A DNA stretch of 46,538 nt, filler included, from Jimgerdemannia flammicorona (Eukaryota), in NCBI GenBank assembly GCA_003990765.1. It is 2 parts of 2 records of this genome, joined end to end, with 100 filler letters (N's around TTAATTAATTAA, not from the genome) between each part and the next. Parts side by side here need not be neighbours in the genome. Positions count along the whole stretch, not along the records: positions 23,323 to 46,538 come from RBNJ01001137.1; 1 more part is not named here. The stretch is one strand, 5' to 3'. Numbering within the stretch: the stretch's first letter is position 1; each line of letters begins with the position of its first letter. Of the stretch, positions 34,421 to 46,538 are shown in pieces. Under the pieces are notes generated by a model. The model made no database searches. It saw only the letters and a list, made by a program, of their open reading frames with translations, and was not told the origin of the DNA. The position numbers and the translations under genes are program-made.

Positions 34421-37400
34421 ATGACTACTAAGATCTACAACTATATCTATGCTGATATTTGAAATACCATTATCAATCAAGCCACACCTTTTCTGCCCCT
34501 CATAAATATCCATAGTCTAGCATCTCTCTACTTTATAGAAGCTCAATGGAATACTCTGAACATACTCAGCAAAGCTCACTGAATTAGACAAATCTCAAGC
34601 TACTACCAGATTGGCCATCTCCTAAAAGATATAGTTGAATACTATCATGATATAAACATTACCCAGATGTCTCAATATCAGAAACTCATCACCTATAAAT
34701 ATCAAGAACTCTTTTATAAATACAGTATCTTTATTCCCCACCTCTGAGTTACTACTGCTAAAATGGTTACCACTCTATCCTATGACCAAATCAATAATAT
34801 GATACAAAAACTCAACTACAAGTATATCAAGTATATTTAGACTATAGACAGAACCTTTCTGCACCCCAATGATCATATCTTACAAATGTTCCAAATTAGA
34901 TATATTATAAAGGATATCTATAATATAATCTAGTTTGATAATAATGAAGTAGAAGATAATGATCTCTCTGATACTGATATAACTTTTAGCCAAAGATCTC
35001 TGCCAGCATAAACACTTTTCTCCAGTATCACTTAGATTATACAACTTTCTAGTAATACTTATTAATACCATTTTTGAAGAAAAGTTACTAGTTTCATAAC
35101 AATCAATAAGTATTCCAAGGTATATACTGGGCAGAGTGGCTCTGATGTGTTCAACTAGCAGTATGTAGGGAGGGGCCCTAGCTTGGGGGGAAGTATGAGG
35201 GGCCTGCTGGCAGGAGGATGTAGTAAGAGAGGGGGTGGTATTGGAGACCAGAGAACAGAAAGGGTAAGCTTTGCAGAAAAGATGAAGGGGGATCAGCAGA
35301 GAGCTGGGCTAGAGAGTTGGCTGAGAGAGAAAAAGGCAATAGTGAAGACTACAGAGCAGAGACTTCAAGGGAGAGCCCCTCTAGAGAACCAGAGTAGTGG
35401 AGCTAATGGTATAGTGGCTGAGGAGGTGACTGCTGATGAGAGTGTGACAGGCAATCTGGAAAAAAAATCTAGATAGAACTACTGATAGTGGACTGAGTGA
35501 TGGGAAGGGCATGAGGCCTAGAGATCTGACTGATAGTATAGTGGGACTGGTAGTGGCACTATTATTCAAAAAGTCAATCTCAGAATTTGCAGTCATCCTA
35601 TACTTCAGAGGCTTGGCATTGATAGCAAAAATGGTTCTGAGGCTAATAGCAAAGTAGGTGGAAGACACAGTATCTGTTAAGTTCTTGAAGGGCCTGGAAG
35701 GAGTAGAGGTAGGCTTTGAGGAGACAGGGCCACTAGAGGAGACACTGAAGGCTGGGTTGATGGTTGGAGAGATATATATCTCAGTGGCATGGTGCTTGAG
35801 ATGGGACCCCAGAGTGATATAGCTCCTAATGAAGAGAGTGCCTATGGTGACTGTGGTGGAGATGAGGAGAAGAGTGGAGGAGGTTATGACTGAGTATGGG
35901 GAGGTGGTTGATATAGGGTTTAGGGTCTGAGAAGGGACTACCTTCTAGATAGGGGATGTTGACATTCAGATTAAATTGGCAGGAAGAGAGGCTATTGATA
36001 AGGCATGGGATTGGCTTTTGGTAATGATATAGAGAGCCTTTGTATACAAGGTAACAAGAGTAAAGAGGAGTGAAGAGGAGGATAAGGATCTGTTAGAGAT
36101 GCTAGAGGAGCTGAGTGGTGTAGTAGAGCAGAGGACAAAGGCTTGGAAGATGTATATGGAGTCAACACACCTGGAGATTGTTGATAAGAGGTGAGTCTAT
36201 ATTGACAAGGGGCTGTAGGAGAGGTCCCAAGATTGTAGGAGGTAGAGAGAGTTGCTAGTGAGTCTAGAGGTGAAGAAGACAAGGACTACTGATAGAAGTG
36301 AGGATGCTGGGAGAGCTTTGGCAAGTATCTGGGCTGAGAGACAAGGGGGAAATGTAGAGGTGGGTCTAGAGGAGGCCAGGAAGATACTGAGTGAGGATCT
36401 ATATAAGAATGGTACATTTGGAGTCTGGAAGCAGTCTCCTATACCAACCTCTCTTATCAGATAGAGACTGGCTGTAAGGGGCTGAGCAGTAGAGGATGTG
36501 CTCATATATGGGGCTCAGTGGGTACACTTTGGGATTCCTGAGGTGGCAAAAGGTGGACAAGTAGTAGCAGTTGGCAAGGAGGAGTAGAATGAGGCTACAA
36601 GTGTAAGAGAGGACATCTCAATGCTGAGTGGTGGTCAACCTGCAACCTCTGGGGGGAAAGAAGTGGGGAATCTACTGTAGATATGTTGGATGATGAACAA
36701 TCTTATAGCTGAGGAACTGGAAGAAGTGGACATGAGAGTGATGAGTGATGAGCACTGAGTGAGGATCTTATATAATAATGGAGTGGTAGAGGTACTAAGG
36801 GCAGAAATACTGGCAGTTTTCCTGGAGAAAGAAGGGTATAAGGTAGACAAGAAAAGAGAGGCTGAGCTGGCAGTTGTTACTGGTGAGTAGGCTATCTACT
36901 GCTGAGAGAAGCATCATAGTTTGTAGCTCTAGTAGAAGGCCTGCTTAGAGTATCATGAGAATTTTAGAGAAAAGAAGAATGGGGAAATGGCTGAGCTACT
37001 GAAAGGACTAGAAACTAAGAGGGCTAAAGAGAAGACAGTGTCTGCTGAATAAAATCTGGACTTGGCAAGAGAGGTGAGGGATATGGAGCAGTAGAGGATA
37101 TATTTTCAATTCTATAATATTTCTTATGAATAATACAACTAACATTTTTTCACTTAATATGAATGGGTTATAGGATTTATATCAGCATTGGAACATTTTT
37201 GCTTAGCTGAAGGAACTAGAGGCAGATCTCTTTCTTTTGTGGGATATCAGATATAAGAATAATTTGAATAGACTAGAGTAGACTAAGGAATGGGGAGAAG
37301 AGGCCATATAGAATAGCAAGGTAGGAATTCTGGTCTGAAGAGGCAGAGGAGAGATATGAGAAGTGAGGAGTTGAGAGATAGACTGATTTGGAGAGTGAAT

Positions 37401-40400
37401 TCAGGCAGGTTGGGAGCCAGTTATAGTAGAGTCTTGCTACTGCCCTATTGTATGGATAAAGTATGTGGGCTGGGTGAAGGGCCTCCAGAAAAGTGGGGCT
37501 CTTATAGAGACTGGAGTGAATATACTTGGAGGAGACTTCAATATAGTCCAGAATATGTTAGTAGATAGAACTGATAGAGGGAGGGGGGCTGAGGGTCAGA
37601 GTAGTGGTTTGGAAGCATGGAAGAAGGTAGAAAGACTGAGTGTACTAGTAGGTACTGGCAGGGGATTTTGGGGCAATAGGAGGATCTATATACACTGGAT
37701 CAGGAGTCTGGAGACAAGGATTAACTGGGTCTTAACTGCAGACTGCTGGGGATTTGATATCTGGAATCACTGGAGATTGAGTGGTATTCATGGTCAGATT
37801 ATTGGGGGTTATTAGGACAAGAATATTTTGGAAGAAGTGGGGATAGGCCTGGACATTGGTACCTAAATTCCTCTTTATTAGACAATAAGGAACTGTGAGA
37901 TAAGTAGGCTGTAGACATTTAGTAGAGGGTAGAGGATTGGATACAGAAGGGGGTCTCTATAGGTATCAGATAGATATGGCTGAAGAAGGCTACTAGGGTC
38001 TACTGGGGAGAGGCTGGCAAGATGGCTGGCAGACAGAAGAGGTGACAGGTGGCCTGAACTTCTGTTAGACTAGCTTGGCTTCTGGAGGATAGAGCTGGGC
38101 TATTAGCCCTAGAGGGGGGGGGAGACTGGTATTTGTTATAGGCATAGAAGGAGATTGAGGAGTTATAATTAATAGTGAGAGAGGAGAAGGAGGTGAGGGT
38201 ACAGAGTCTGGCAGTATGACTGTATTGGTAGGGACTAGAGAAAAGAGAGAGGCCCTCTAAATTCCTCACAAGGGCCCTTCAGGTAAGGAGAGTTCAGCAG
38301 AGATAGGAGAGGGCATTGAATCCTGATAGACATTTAGTGCATAGCATACATGACATTCTTATATTGTTAAAGGGAAAGTGGAGTGATCTGTGGAGTGAAG
38401 AGGAGGGGGAGGGGGCTGATGAGACTGCTATTGACCATATCTTGGAGGATTAGTATCCACTATCAGTAGGAGGAATAGACAGTCTGGTATTGCCAGTATA
38501 GGAGGAGGGGATTCATCAGGTTCTTACTGCAACTTTGCTGGGCATGGCACTAGGGGAGGATAGCTTGTCCTGGGACTTTTGAAAGAAGATAGTGGGAATC
38601 CCCAGTATACTAAAAGAATTGATAGTGATGTATAACTTGGTGCTAGGGTCAGAAAGATGGGTGGGTGATCAGGACCTGAGGCTGGTGGCTCTGCTTTATA
38701 AGGACAAAGGCAGGAGAGAGGACTGGAGAAACTGGTAGCTGATCATGCTGCTGGATATAGACAGAAAGCTAGTTACTAAGTTAGTGATAATGAGATTGCA
38801 GAAGGTGGTCCAGCAGATGTTGGGGAAGGAGCAGTAGGGCTTCATGGGTGGTCAGCTCATTAGAGATAGTACAGCTTGAGTATATAGTATTATTGAGGGA
38901 GCATGGGCCTGTAGACTGGATGGGCACCTGGTTTTTCTGGATCAAGAGAAGGCATACAATCATGTCTGGTGGGTCTGGCTGGCAAAAGTCCTGGATAGAA
39001 TTGGTGTCTCTCAGCAGTTCTGAGTGGCAATGATCAGCCTACTAGAAGGGAGTTAAGTGGCACTCATATATAATGGGTACTGAGGGGGGGCTTTTTCTCT
39101 GAGTAGGGGGGTCCCTCAAAGGGACCCACTGTTCCCTATTTTGTATGTACTCTCATTGGAGCTATTGATGGACAGGATTCAGCAGAAGATAGTAGGGCTC
39201 TTAGTATTAGACATTGGATAGAAGGTTGAAGTCTTTGCAAATGATATGGTGGTTGGCCTGAGATCAATCACCAATATAGTGAAACTCAAGACAATGGTAG
39301 AGTAGTATGAGGTGCATTCTGGGACTAAACTTAACTAGCATAAGTGTGAAATAATGGTGTTAGGTAATGGCCTGATGGAAAGGGATGTCATTGGAACAAT
39401 TGTCTCTACTGAGGAGACAGTGAGATACTTGGATATTTATTTATCAGTATATAGATCTGTTCTTCCCAAACTCTGGTGGGAGCAATAGGTGGTTATCTGG
39501 AGAGAGGCTCTGTAGAGCTGAGGAGGCTGCCACTTATCTCTGACAGATGTGTCTCTATCTTGAATACTTACTGGCTGCTGAAGTTATGGTATCTGGTATA
39601 TTATCTGGACTTCCTGGCCTGGATGATAAAGAGACTACTGAAACTAGCCAAGGGATAGATCTGGGTAGAGAAAAGGAGTCATATTTAGCTGGGAAATTTT
39701 ATCCTTACCAGTAACTAGAGGGAGACTTGGGCTAGTTGACTTCCTGAAGAGGTTATACTATCTGAGAGTATGGTGGCTGAAGAGAGCTGTTGAGCTGAGG
39801 GGTAGCAGCTGGGTTCTTCTATTGAAGAAGGTCTGAGAGATAAGATTCTCACCAAGAGGATCTATAGAAGATCTTCTGTTCTTAGTCAGACTTCAGAACA
39901 TTGGACATATACAATTTAAGGGCTTCTGGTGAAGTGTTGCTAAAGGGATATACTACATTAGCATTTATTAGTAGAGAGATGAGGGAGAAAGGCCTTGGGG
40001 CCCAGTGATATGGAGATGGGACTGTGTATTACTGGGGGGTATCCTCCTTAGTAACTTTGATATTAGTGATGGAGTTGAGTACCAGAGGGGGTTGGGGCAG
40101 GATCTGTGGCCCAGCAAATAGCAGTTAGTGAGTGTTGATAAGGAGTGGGACTGGAATGGGATCTGGAACTGGTGTGCTGAGGTTCAGCAGTGGCTGTTAC
40201 CAAGTATTAGATAGTCTGGTAGTGTATGTTGAGAAGGAATACCATGCTCAACTTTCACTCTAGCCACCAGGTGGAAGGGGGAACCTTTGACTATAAGGAG
40301 TACTATAATGTTAGATAGGAAGAGAGTTATATACAGACACCTGAACATTAGCTAGGAGAGTGTGAGGTACTCAGTGACTTCTGGATAGCAGTTGGGAAGA

Positions 40401-40843
40401 GGTTGGGTATTGAGCAGAGGGGAGATGGTGTAAGGAGTCAGTGGGAGGATCTGCAGGATAGATTGATGAAAGGGGTTGGAAGAGAGTACTTACTTTAGAG
40501 TGGGTTCTGGCTATATGAGTAGGGTTGGCAGGACACTAGCTATATGTATTTAAGGATAGAAGATAGTTGGGTTTAGGGGTATGACTATTGTAATAAAAAG
40601 GACTGATAGAGGATATTCTGATGGATTGGTAGTATGGGTGGGGACTGCAGAGTGGTTGGCAGTATTGTTTGATAGAGAAGATATGTGAATAGAGTGAGGG
40701 AAGAGTTGGGGTCATGGGAGATAGAGTAATTTTTAAGTATGAAGAGATGAGAGGGGAGGAAGGAGGAGAGTTTTCCTATAGGGATTGGGTAGTGGGAGGA
40801 GATAATGTAAATTTATATATAGATGCAAAGTCTGAGTAACTAT

Positions 40844-40874
<31 letters not shown>

Positions 40875-41217
40875 TCTACCAGCCCTGATCACTCCACCAA
40901 TCTTGTAAATGAACTTACAATAGTTCATAACTATCTATAAGACCTATTGAGATAATGACAACTAGTATAAATATCAAGCTGCATTTATATCTAATTACTT
41001 CAACTATAATAAAGAAACTGGAGAATATAACTTGTATCTCCAGACAACTCTTGAGATCAAACCAACAACCCCACCTCCTAAGTATAAATAAAATGAACCA
41101 CAGCCATCAGTCTACTACAATCCTACAACTTATAGTGCTTGTAAACACACAACCTCCAAGCTATCAAAATCACATATTACCTCAGAACAAATCCAGAAAT
41201 TATATATAAGATTATAA
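34421..41217 (+). pseudogene. Relic ~300-codon ORF of unknown function split by the LINE (34421-35007 plus 40884-41217)
   Basis: A single frame from ATG 34421 (MTTKIYNY...SYYQIGHLLKD...YQELFYKYSIFIPHL*VTTAKMVTTLSYDQI) stays in frame across the TSD. The stops are explainable as CGA/CAA/CAG transitions. Confidence 0.55.
35008..40869 (+). mobile_element. Full-length L1/Tx1-like LINE, degenerate (~5.9 kb)
   Basis: 14-bp TSD AGATCTCTGCCAGC (34994-35007) / GGATCTCTACCAGC (40870-40883). Poly(A) 40844-40869. ORF1 (WCLRWDP), APE (ILGGDFN), RT (FLDQEKAYNHV, GVPQRDPLFP, FANDMVV). Confidence 0.92.
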
Positions 41218-41365
41218 AGCTGAGTCAAACCAAAGTTACAGAGCATAAAGCTGAGTTAACTTGAAGTTACAGAATACAAAATTTACACAAATGAAATCTT
41301 ATCAATCAGAACTGAATATATATACTGAGCACTCAGATATATTGAAATAGAGAACTATAATCACA
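41126..41365 (+). repeat. ~240-bp direct repeat, copy 2
   Basis: Matches 34140-34378. Confidence 0.85.
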
Positions 41366-41491
41366 TTTGTACTAATAGTGCTATTATCTATAGAAGATAT
41401 ATAGATAGTAAATCTGATAAAAGTGAAGATAATATACCCCTTCTCCACCCACTGACACTCTACCTAGCATATAAGACAGATGATGCTCTCT

Positions 41492-44400
41492 TGTGAGATG
41501 GTAATATGGTCCCAACCTATTACTATATGAATGAATAGAGAGATATTATTCAAGAACCTCTCTTTTTAGATAACTACTTCATCAGAGATGATGTCATCAA
41601 TGGTGATCTCATTAAAGACTACCTAGACAGTATCTAAATCTATAGATAGCTTAGCAGTTATTAGTATAGTTAGATTAGTCTTATATAATGTGACTATATA
41701 TTAACTCAGCAGTCAGATGATCTTTTGATATATCAGTTTATACTTGTATTATATGACTGCATTCTGACTCAACAAGATACTAAGTATTATATATAGTCCA
41801 GATAGCCTCTCATTAGTATAAATATCCTCTCTTCAGACCTCAGAAACTCAGACATGAATAGATCTGAACATACAAGAACTTCTGAACACTTTTCTGTAAT
41901 ATCTCTTCACATAACTACTCCTAGTATAGCTATATCATAAATAGTAAATAAATCTATTTAATAACTATAAATCACTTTTAAGTAAATCTGTACCTTGTTA
42001 GATCTCACTCTAACCACATCATGAAATTTTCTAATTAGGTATTATTTATAGCAATATACCAATTCAACTAAGCTAGTTTTAGTTTTTTGAACTTCCTGAA
42101 ATTCAGAAAATTTTAAACATCCAGAACTAGTCCAAAAAAGAACTTTGATTGAGACATCAATCTGATCTTAAATAGAGAATATACTCTATATAAAATTGAT
42201 CTTGATCTTAAGAAAACAGTCTTTCAGAATATCTAAACTTTGAGAAAATGCTTCTAGAACTACATGCATAACAGTACTTTAATAAATAACCCTCTTATAA
42301 CTTAGTAGCAGTAGTTTATAATCCAATTCTGCTTCAAGATACTTTTTTACCATACTATAAATCTCTATGAGAATTCCTATAAGTTAGTATAAAGCCCAAC
42401 CTCTAAACTAGAATTTATTCTAAACTATCTAATAATCTGGAGAGAATTGAATCTAATGTATAAGGACAATTTGATCTCTATATCTATAATAAGTGAGACA
42501 GACTTCATTTACAAAAAGAAGTACTCTTATTAAATCAGTAGATAGATGAAACTCTATATACTAAACTCCTTACTCTACACTCCATAAGTCAAGACAAAGA
42601 AGGTCTTATAGAAGTCTTCTTTACTCTTCTCAATAAGAGTTTCATTAGCTCTACAAATTCAAGTAATCTAGAACAACCAGCAGCCATCTTTCTAGCCTTA
42701 GTTCTCCACAAAGCCTAAGCCTCTGTAGTCAAGTAGCTCAACTCTACTGACTTTCACTATACTAGGACCAAGACTATCTTATACTACTACTTTCAGAATT
42801 ATAAGGCCTGCTATATTCTTAAAGAAGAAGCAAGAGAAACCCTTCATCAATAATCTGATTCTGAATTAGAAGCAGACCTAGCTATAGTTCTATCTAAAAC
42901 TAAAACTAATACTGAATCAGATCAAGCTTTTAAATTAAGCTTATCTGAAATCTAGTATACAACTGATACTATCTACTTTAATACTGAGTAAACTCAATTA
43001 CACAGGAACTAAAGCAAGGAGAAGGAGGAGTATCTCAGTGAATTTAATTTCAGATATACTACTAAAGAAGATGTATTTTTTTTTTTTTTTTAATAGACTC
43101 AATGTTCTACAGATTTTTATTGGAAGGAAACCTAGACTATATAGGCCAAAACCCTCCCCCACCACCAAGCACTACCCTCTCATTAATCTAGACTAGCTAT
43201 TGTCCAGCAGCTTGACTATGCCAGATGCAGTAGGGCCAATTTGGCCTATACCTCATTCTGTGCACCATGCTCTCCCTACTACTAGAGAAAACCCAGCCAT
43301 ATACTAATGACTGAAAGTACATGCCCAAGAACCCAATGTATATACAAGGCCATACCTAAGCCAAATAGAATAACCCCTGCCATCTCAAAGAGAATGATAG
43401 GTAAAGAAAAAATCCTCATCAAAGTACAATATACCTGGTTCTCTCAGTCAAGGTGAGCAAAGGACTTATATGTAAGGCCCCAATATCCCACTACTCAAGC
43501 CTGTGGGCCTTGATCACATTGCCATGTCAGCTCCCAGTTTCAGTTGAGTGCAGCCAAGATATCTGAAATGAGTAGCCTCGGGCCCCCCAACCCCCCCTGA
43601 TGACTAGGGCCAAATCTGTCAAATTACCAAAAGAAGCCAAGAGTGATACTTATCACCTAACCATACTGCACCAATCAAAAGGTCCCACTGAAGCAGTATC
43701 TACCTCAGCCCTAACAATTGCTCCCAGCCTGGTACCCTACTGGTTCACCATTATCACCCTTCCTCCTATCTGTAACAGCCATCTCTCCTCCCATCCTGAC
43801 AATACCTGAAAAGCAGTCACCTATGCCAGAACCACACTTGTCAAGAAGCTTGCCAAAGCCAGAGGGCCCCACTACAGGCACCGAGGACCTGCAGGTAATC
43901 TATACTGAGTACTTGACACCTAAGGTTGGCTGACTTCCTATATAGCCTGAGACATACTGAGACAGCACCTTGTTAGTGATAGCAAAAGAAAAAAGGTGCT
44001 GCACCAAAATGGATACACTCCAGATGTAGCCAAAGACACCAGAAATCATGAAAAAGTAGAGAAGACACCGATCTGACACTGATAAAGGGGCAACTCATCA
44101 TCATTGCCTCCCTCTCACTGCCCTACAATAGGTACAGCAAACTAACCCAAGGTAGAGGGGGTAATAATTATGGAAAGTAAACTTGGAAGGTTGCCTACCA
44201 AACCATTATGACTGATAAGGTAGTAGAGAAAGGGGTAAAGAAGATGTATTCCTCTCAGGACAAAATATACCTATAGGACAATAGATAGTTATCTATTAAG
44301 TCCTTATTCCAGACTTACAACAGTTACTCCAGCAACTTATACAGACTTAAAGAATACTATTATATTCTACATCAGTACCTTAAGTCATATCAATAATACT

Positions 44401-44760
44401 ACTATCAATAGTCTAATTACCTCCAGTAAACAATATGGTAAACCAACAGATTTTAGACCTCACAGCTCAGATAGCTATAATGGTAGCAACTATTACTACC
44501 TTAGCTGAACAGACCTGACTAATAAAAAGTCTGAGTCTACCTACCTTTAATGATACTATACAGGAAGTCCAAAGCTTCATTAGTATAGTTGATATTAATT
44601 TTGAAGTCAACCAATGGACCAATGAGTAAGTTGCTAACTGTCTTCTGATAAACAATCAAGACCATACTCTGAAACAACTCTTTGCTACTAATATGGCCTA
44701 TGTCTATTAAGTTATTATATTCTTTTAAGGATCTGCTGAAGAATAGTGGTGAACCCTTCC
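41492..44760 (+). mobile_element. Second LTR retrotransposon family: 5' LTR, PBS and gag relic, interrupted
   Basis: LTR ~41492 (TGTGAG) to 42299 (CCCTCTTATA), then a mutated PBS TAGTAGCAGTAG. Gag motif LPTFND..EVQSFI..VDINFEVNQW...F*GSAEE*W at ~44535-44750. The LTR is homologous to 45951-46538 (inverted). LTR start inferred from terminal symmetry. Confidence 0.72.
43078..44235 (-). mobile_element. 5'-truncated LINE (~1.16 kb)
   Basis: Poly-T at 43076-43091. 15-bp TSD TAAAGAAGATGTATT at 43063-43077 and 44236-44250. Confidence 0.85.
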
Positions 44761-45920
44761 TATAATGATTCTAGTTTCTTTAAGAGAAAGTAGCTTAATC
44801 TGGAAGTTTTAGTTGGCCTAAAGTAGCTTGAAGAGATACTTAAAGGTTTAAGTATTCTTGAAGGATTTCTGAGAGAAAATATTCTGAACTTTATTCAGAT
44901 AGAGAATAAGAATATTTATATATAATCTAAAAGAAAGATCCAGAAGGATCTTAGAAAGAAAGAGAAATACTAAGAAATAGGTTCTTGGCAAAGCTGACTA
45001 ATACTATTTTACAATGTTCTAAAAGGTTCTATAACTAGCTAAGACAAGATACTTGGTGCCAAGGAAAGATAAGAATGTTCTAATAGTATCTGGACACTGA
45101 GAGAAGATTTCTAAACAAGTAGAAGATAGCGGAATATAGTAGAATATTCAAGAAATGATAAGAAAAGACTAATTAAAAGATATGAAAATATACTAAGACT
45201 AAATATGATTGTGAAATTGTTACATCCCTCTCTCTTTAAGAACTAACATTCTCATTGAGTTCTTAGGTAACACAAGACTAGATATACTTAACCAAAATTT
45301 CTCAAACTTATATTAGTGCATTGGTGGAGATTGACTATCCTTATATAAGATAAAGAGCCTATTACCAGATTAACCAATTGAGAGAAGTTTGAACCCAGCT
45401 AGTAGCTTTATTTTGATAGACTTTTTATTCATTAAATATTCTGCTAGTTCTAGAGTCCCAAAGTAAACTTCTAATATATAAAGTACTGATTATTGCCATA
45501 GGTTATCAATAATTTAAGGAAGTCACTATAGAGATTGAGTAATATATTTTGCCTCAAAGTCTTGAGAGTTCTTGAGGTTGACCAGTGGTTCCCAGATAGC
45601 ATCATATTCAGAATAACCCATCCACTTGACTAGGTATTCAGGATAGCAGTAGCAGATTCATTTGTTAAGGATTTTCTCAGCTTCATACTTAATATAGTCT
45701 TCAATAATCACAGGAGCAGAAGGCTTAGGAATTTGACTAGAGTAGAGCAGTGACTGATTCCAGGTCTTAAGGTATGATATATGAAAGACTGGGTGTACTC
45801 TTATAACTTCAGGTAGCTTGAGGTGATAGGAGGATATAGATACTTGTTCAGTGATCTTAAAAGGTCCAATATACTTGGATTGGAACTTATTCGAAGGGCA
45901 GTTGACTTGAGATATATCTT
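44761..45920 (-). mobile_element. Second copy of the chromovirus: 3' LTR (44761-45224), PPT, chromodomain and integrase tail
   Basis: Colinear with 27926-29097. Chromodomain YEAEKILNK*...EYLVKWMGYSEYDAIWEPLVNL and the IGPF motif. Confidence 0.93.
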
Positions 45921-45950
45921 CACCTTTCTCTGGTAATATTCAGGTTATAC
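45921..45950 (+). mobile_element. 5' terminus of a LINE of the 35008 family
   Basis: CACCTTTCTCTGGTAATATTCAGGTTATAC vs CACTTTTCTCCAGTATCACTTAGATTATAC (35013-35042): 22/30 identical, and 7 of 8 mismatches are transitions. Confidence 0.6.
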
Positions 45951-46538
45951 TGTAAGAGGGTTACTTTTTAGGGTGACCATTATGTAGTTCTGGAAAGGTT
46001 TTCTGGATATTCTGGATGTTCTGGAAGACCGTTTTCTTATGGTCAAGATCAATTTTGTATGGAGTACATCTTTTACGCTTATTGATTTCAAGATTGGGTT
46101 GACATCTCAACCAAAGTCCTTTTTCGGACTAGTTCTGGATGTTCAGGATTTTCCGTATTTCAGGAAGTTTAAGAAACTAAGACCAGTTTAGTTGAATTGG
46201 CGTATCGCTGCAGACAATACCCAATTAGGAAATTTCGTGATGGGGTTAAGAGTGGGACCTAACAGGGAGCAGATTTACTTAAGAGTGGTTTGTGAGTTAT
46301 GGAAATAGGTTTATTTGCTATTCATGATATTGCTATACTAGGAGTATTTGTATGAAGGGATATTGTGGGGAAGTGCTCAGGAGTTGTGTTCGGATTGTTC
46401 AAGTCTGAGATTCTGAGGTCTGGGGGAGGGGGTATTTATACTAGTGAGGGGCTATCTGGACTATGCTAGATATGGATGTAGCACTAAGTGCCTTGCTGAG
46501 TTGGAATGCAGTCACGTAGTATAAGTGTGATCTGACAT
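45951..46538 (-). mobile_element. LTR of the second family, runs off the right edge
   Basis: Begins TGTAAGAGGG. The reverse complement aligns with ~41730-42299. Retains more CpG than that copy. Confidence 0.8.

Noticed and set aside
42383..42397. TAGTATAAAGCC as a plant-type Met PBS
   Set aside because: The homologous LTR copy at 45951 fixes the LTR end at 42299, where a better PBS follows directly.

Overview
Eukaryotic, intron-containing fungal genomic DNA. Gene content (intron-split iPGM, BTB-BACK-SPRY, RNI-like LRR) suggests an early-diverging Mucoromycota-type fungus; this is inference. About 85% of the window is a nested graveyard of transposons that have lost almost all CpG and carry many C>T/G>A stop codons. 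Two CpG-rich islands remain. 1-2900 holds an LRR gene start and a BTB-BACK-SPRY pseudogene. 23320-27440 holds cofactor-independent phosphoglycerate mutase and thioredoxin, convergent. Repeats that can be delimited by termini or TSDs: two full-length L1/Tx1-like LINEs (6341-12106, 35008-40869), several truncated LINE copies, two TA-flanked palindromic MITEs, a solo LTR, a probable CMC/Plavaka-type DNA transposon with two tandem spliced cargo genes, a complete Ty3/Gypsy chromovirus (27926-34076), part of a second copy of it, and a second LTR family. Most notable: (i) the chromovirus encodes a full dUTPase in frame between the Gag zinc knuckle and the protease; (ii) both chromovirus copies carry a LINE-type insertion at the same integrase site; (iii) repeats show RIP-like transition hypermutation beyond CpG. 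An N-gap with a TTAATTAATTAA linker at 23223-23322 makes adjacency across it unreliable.
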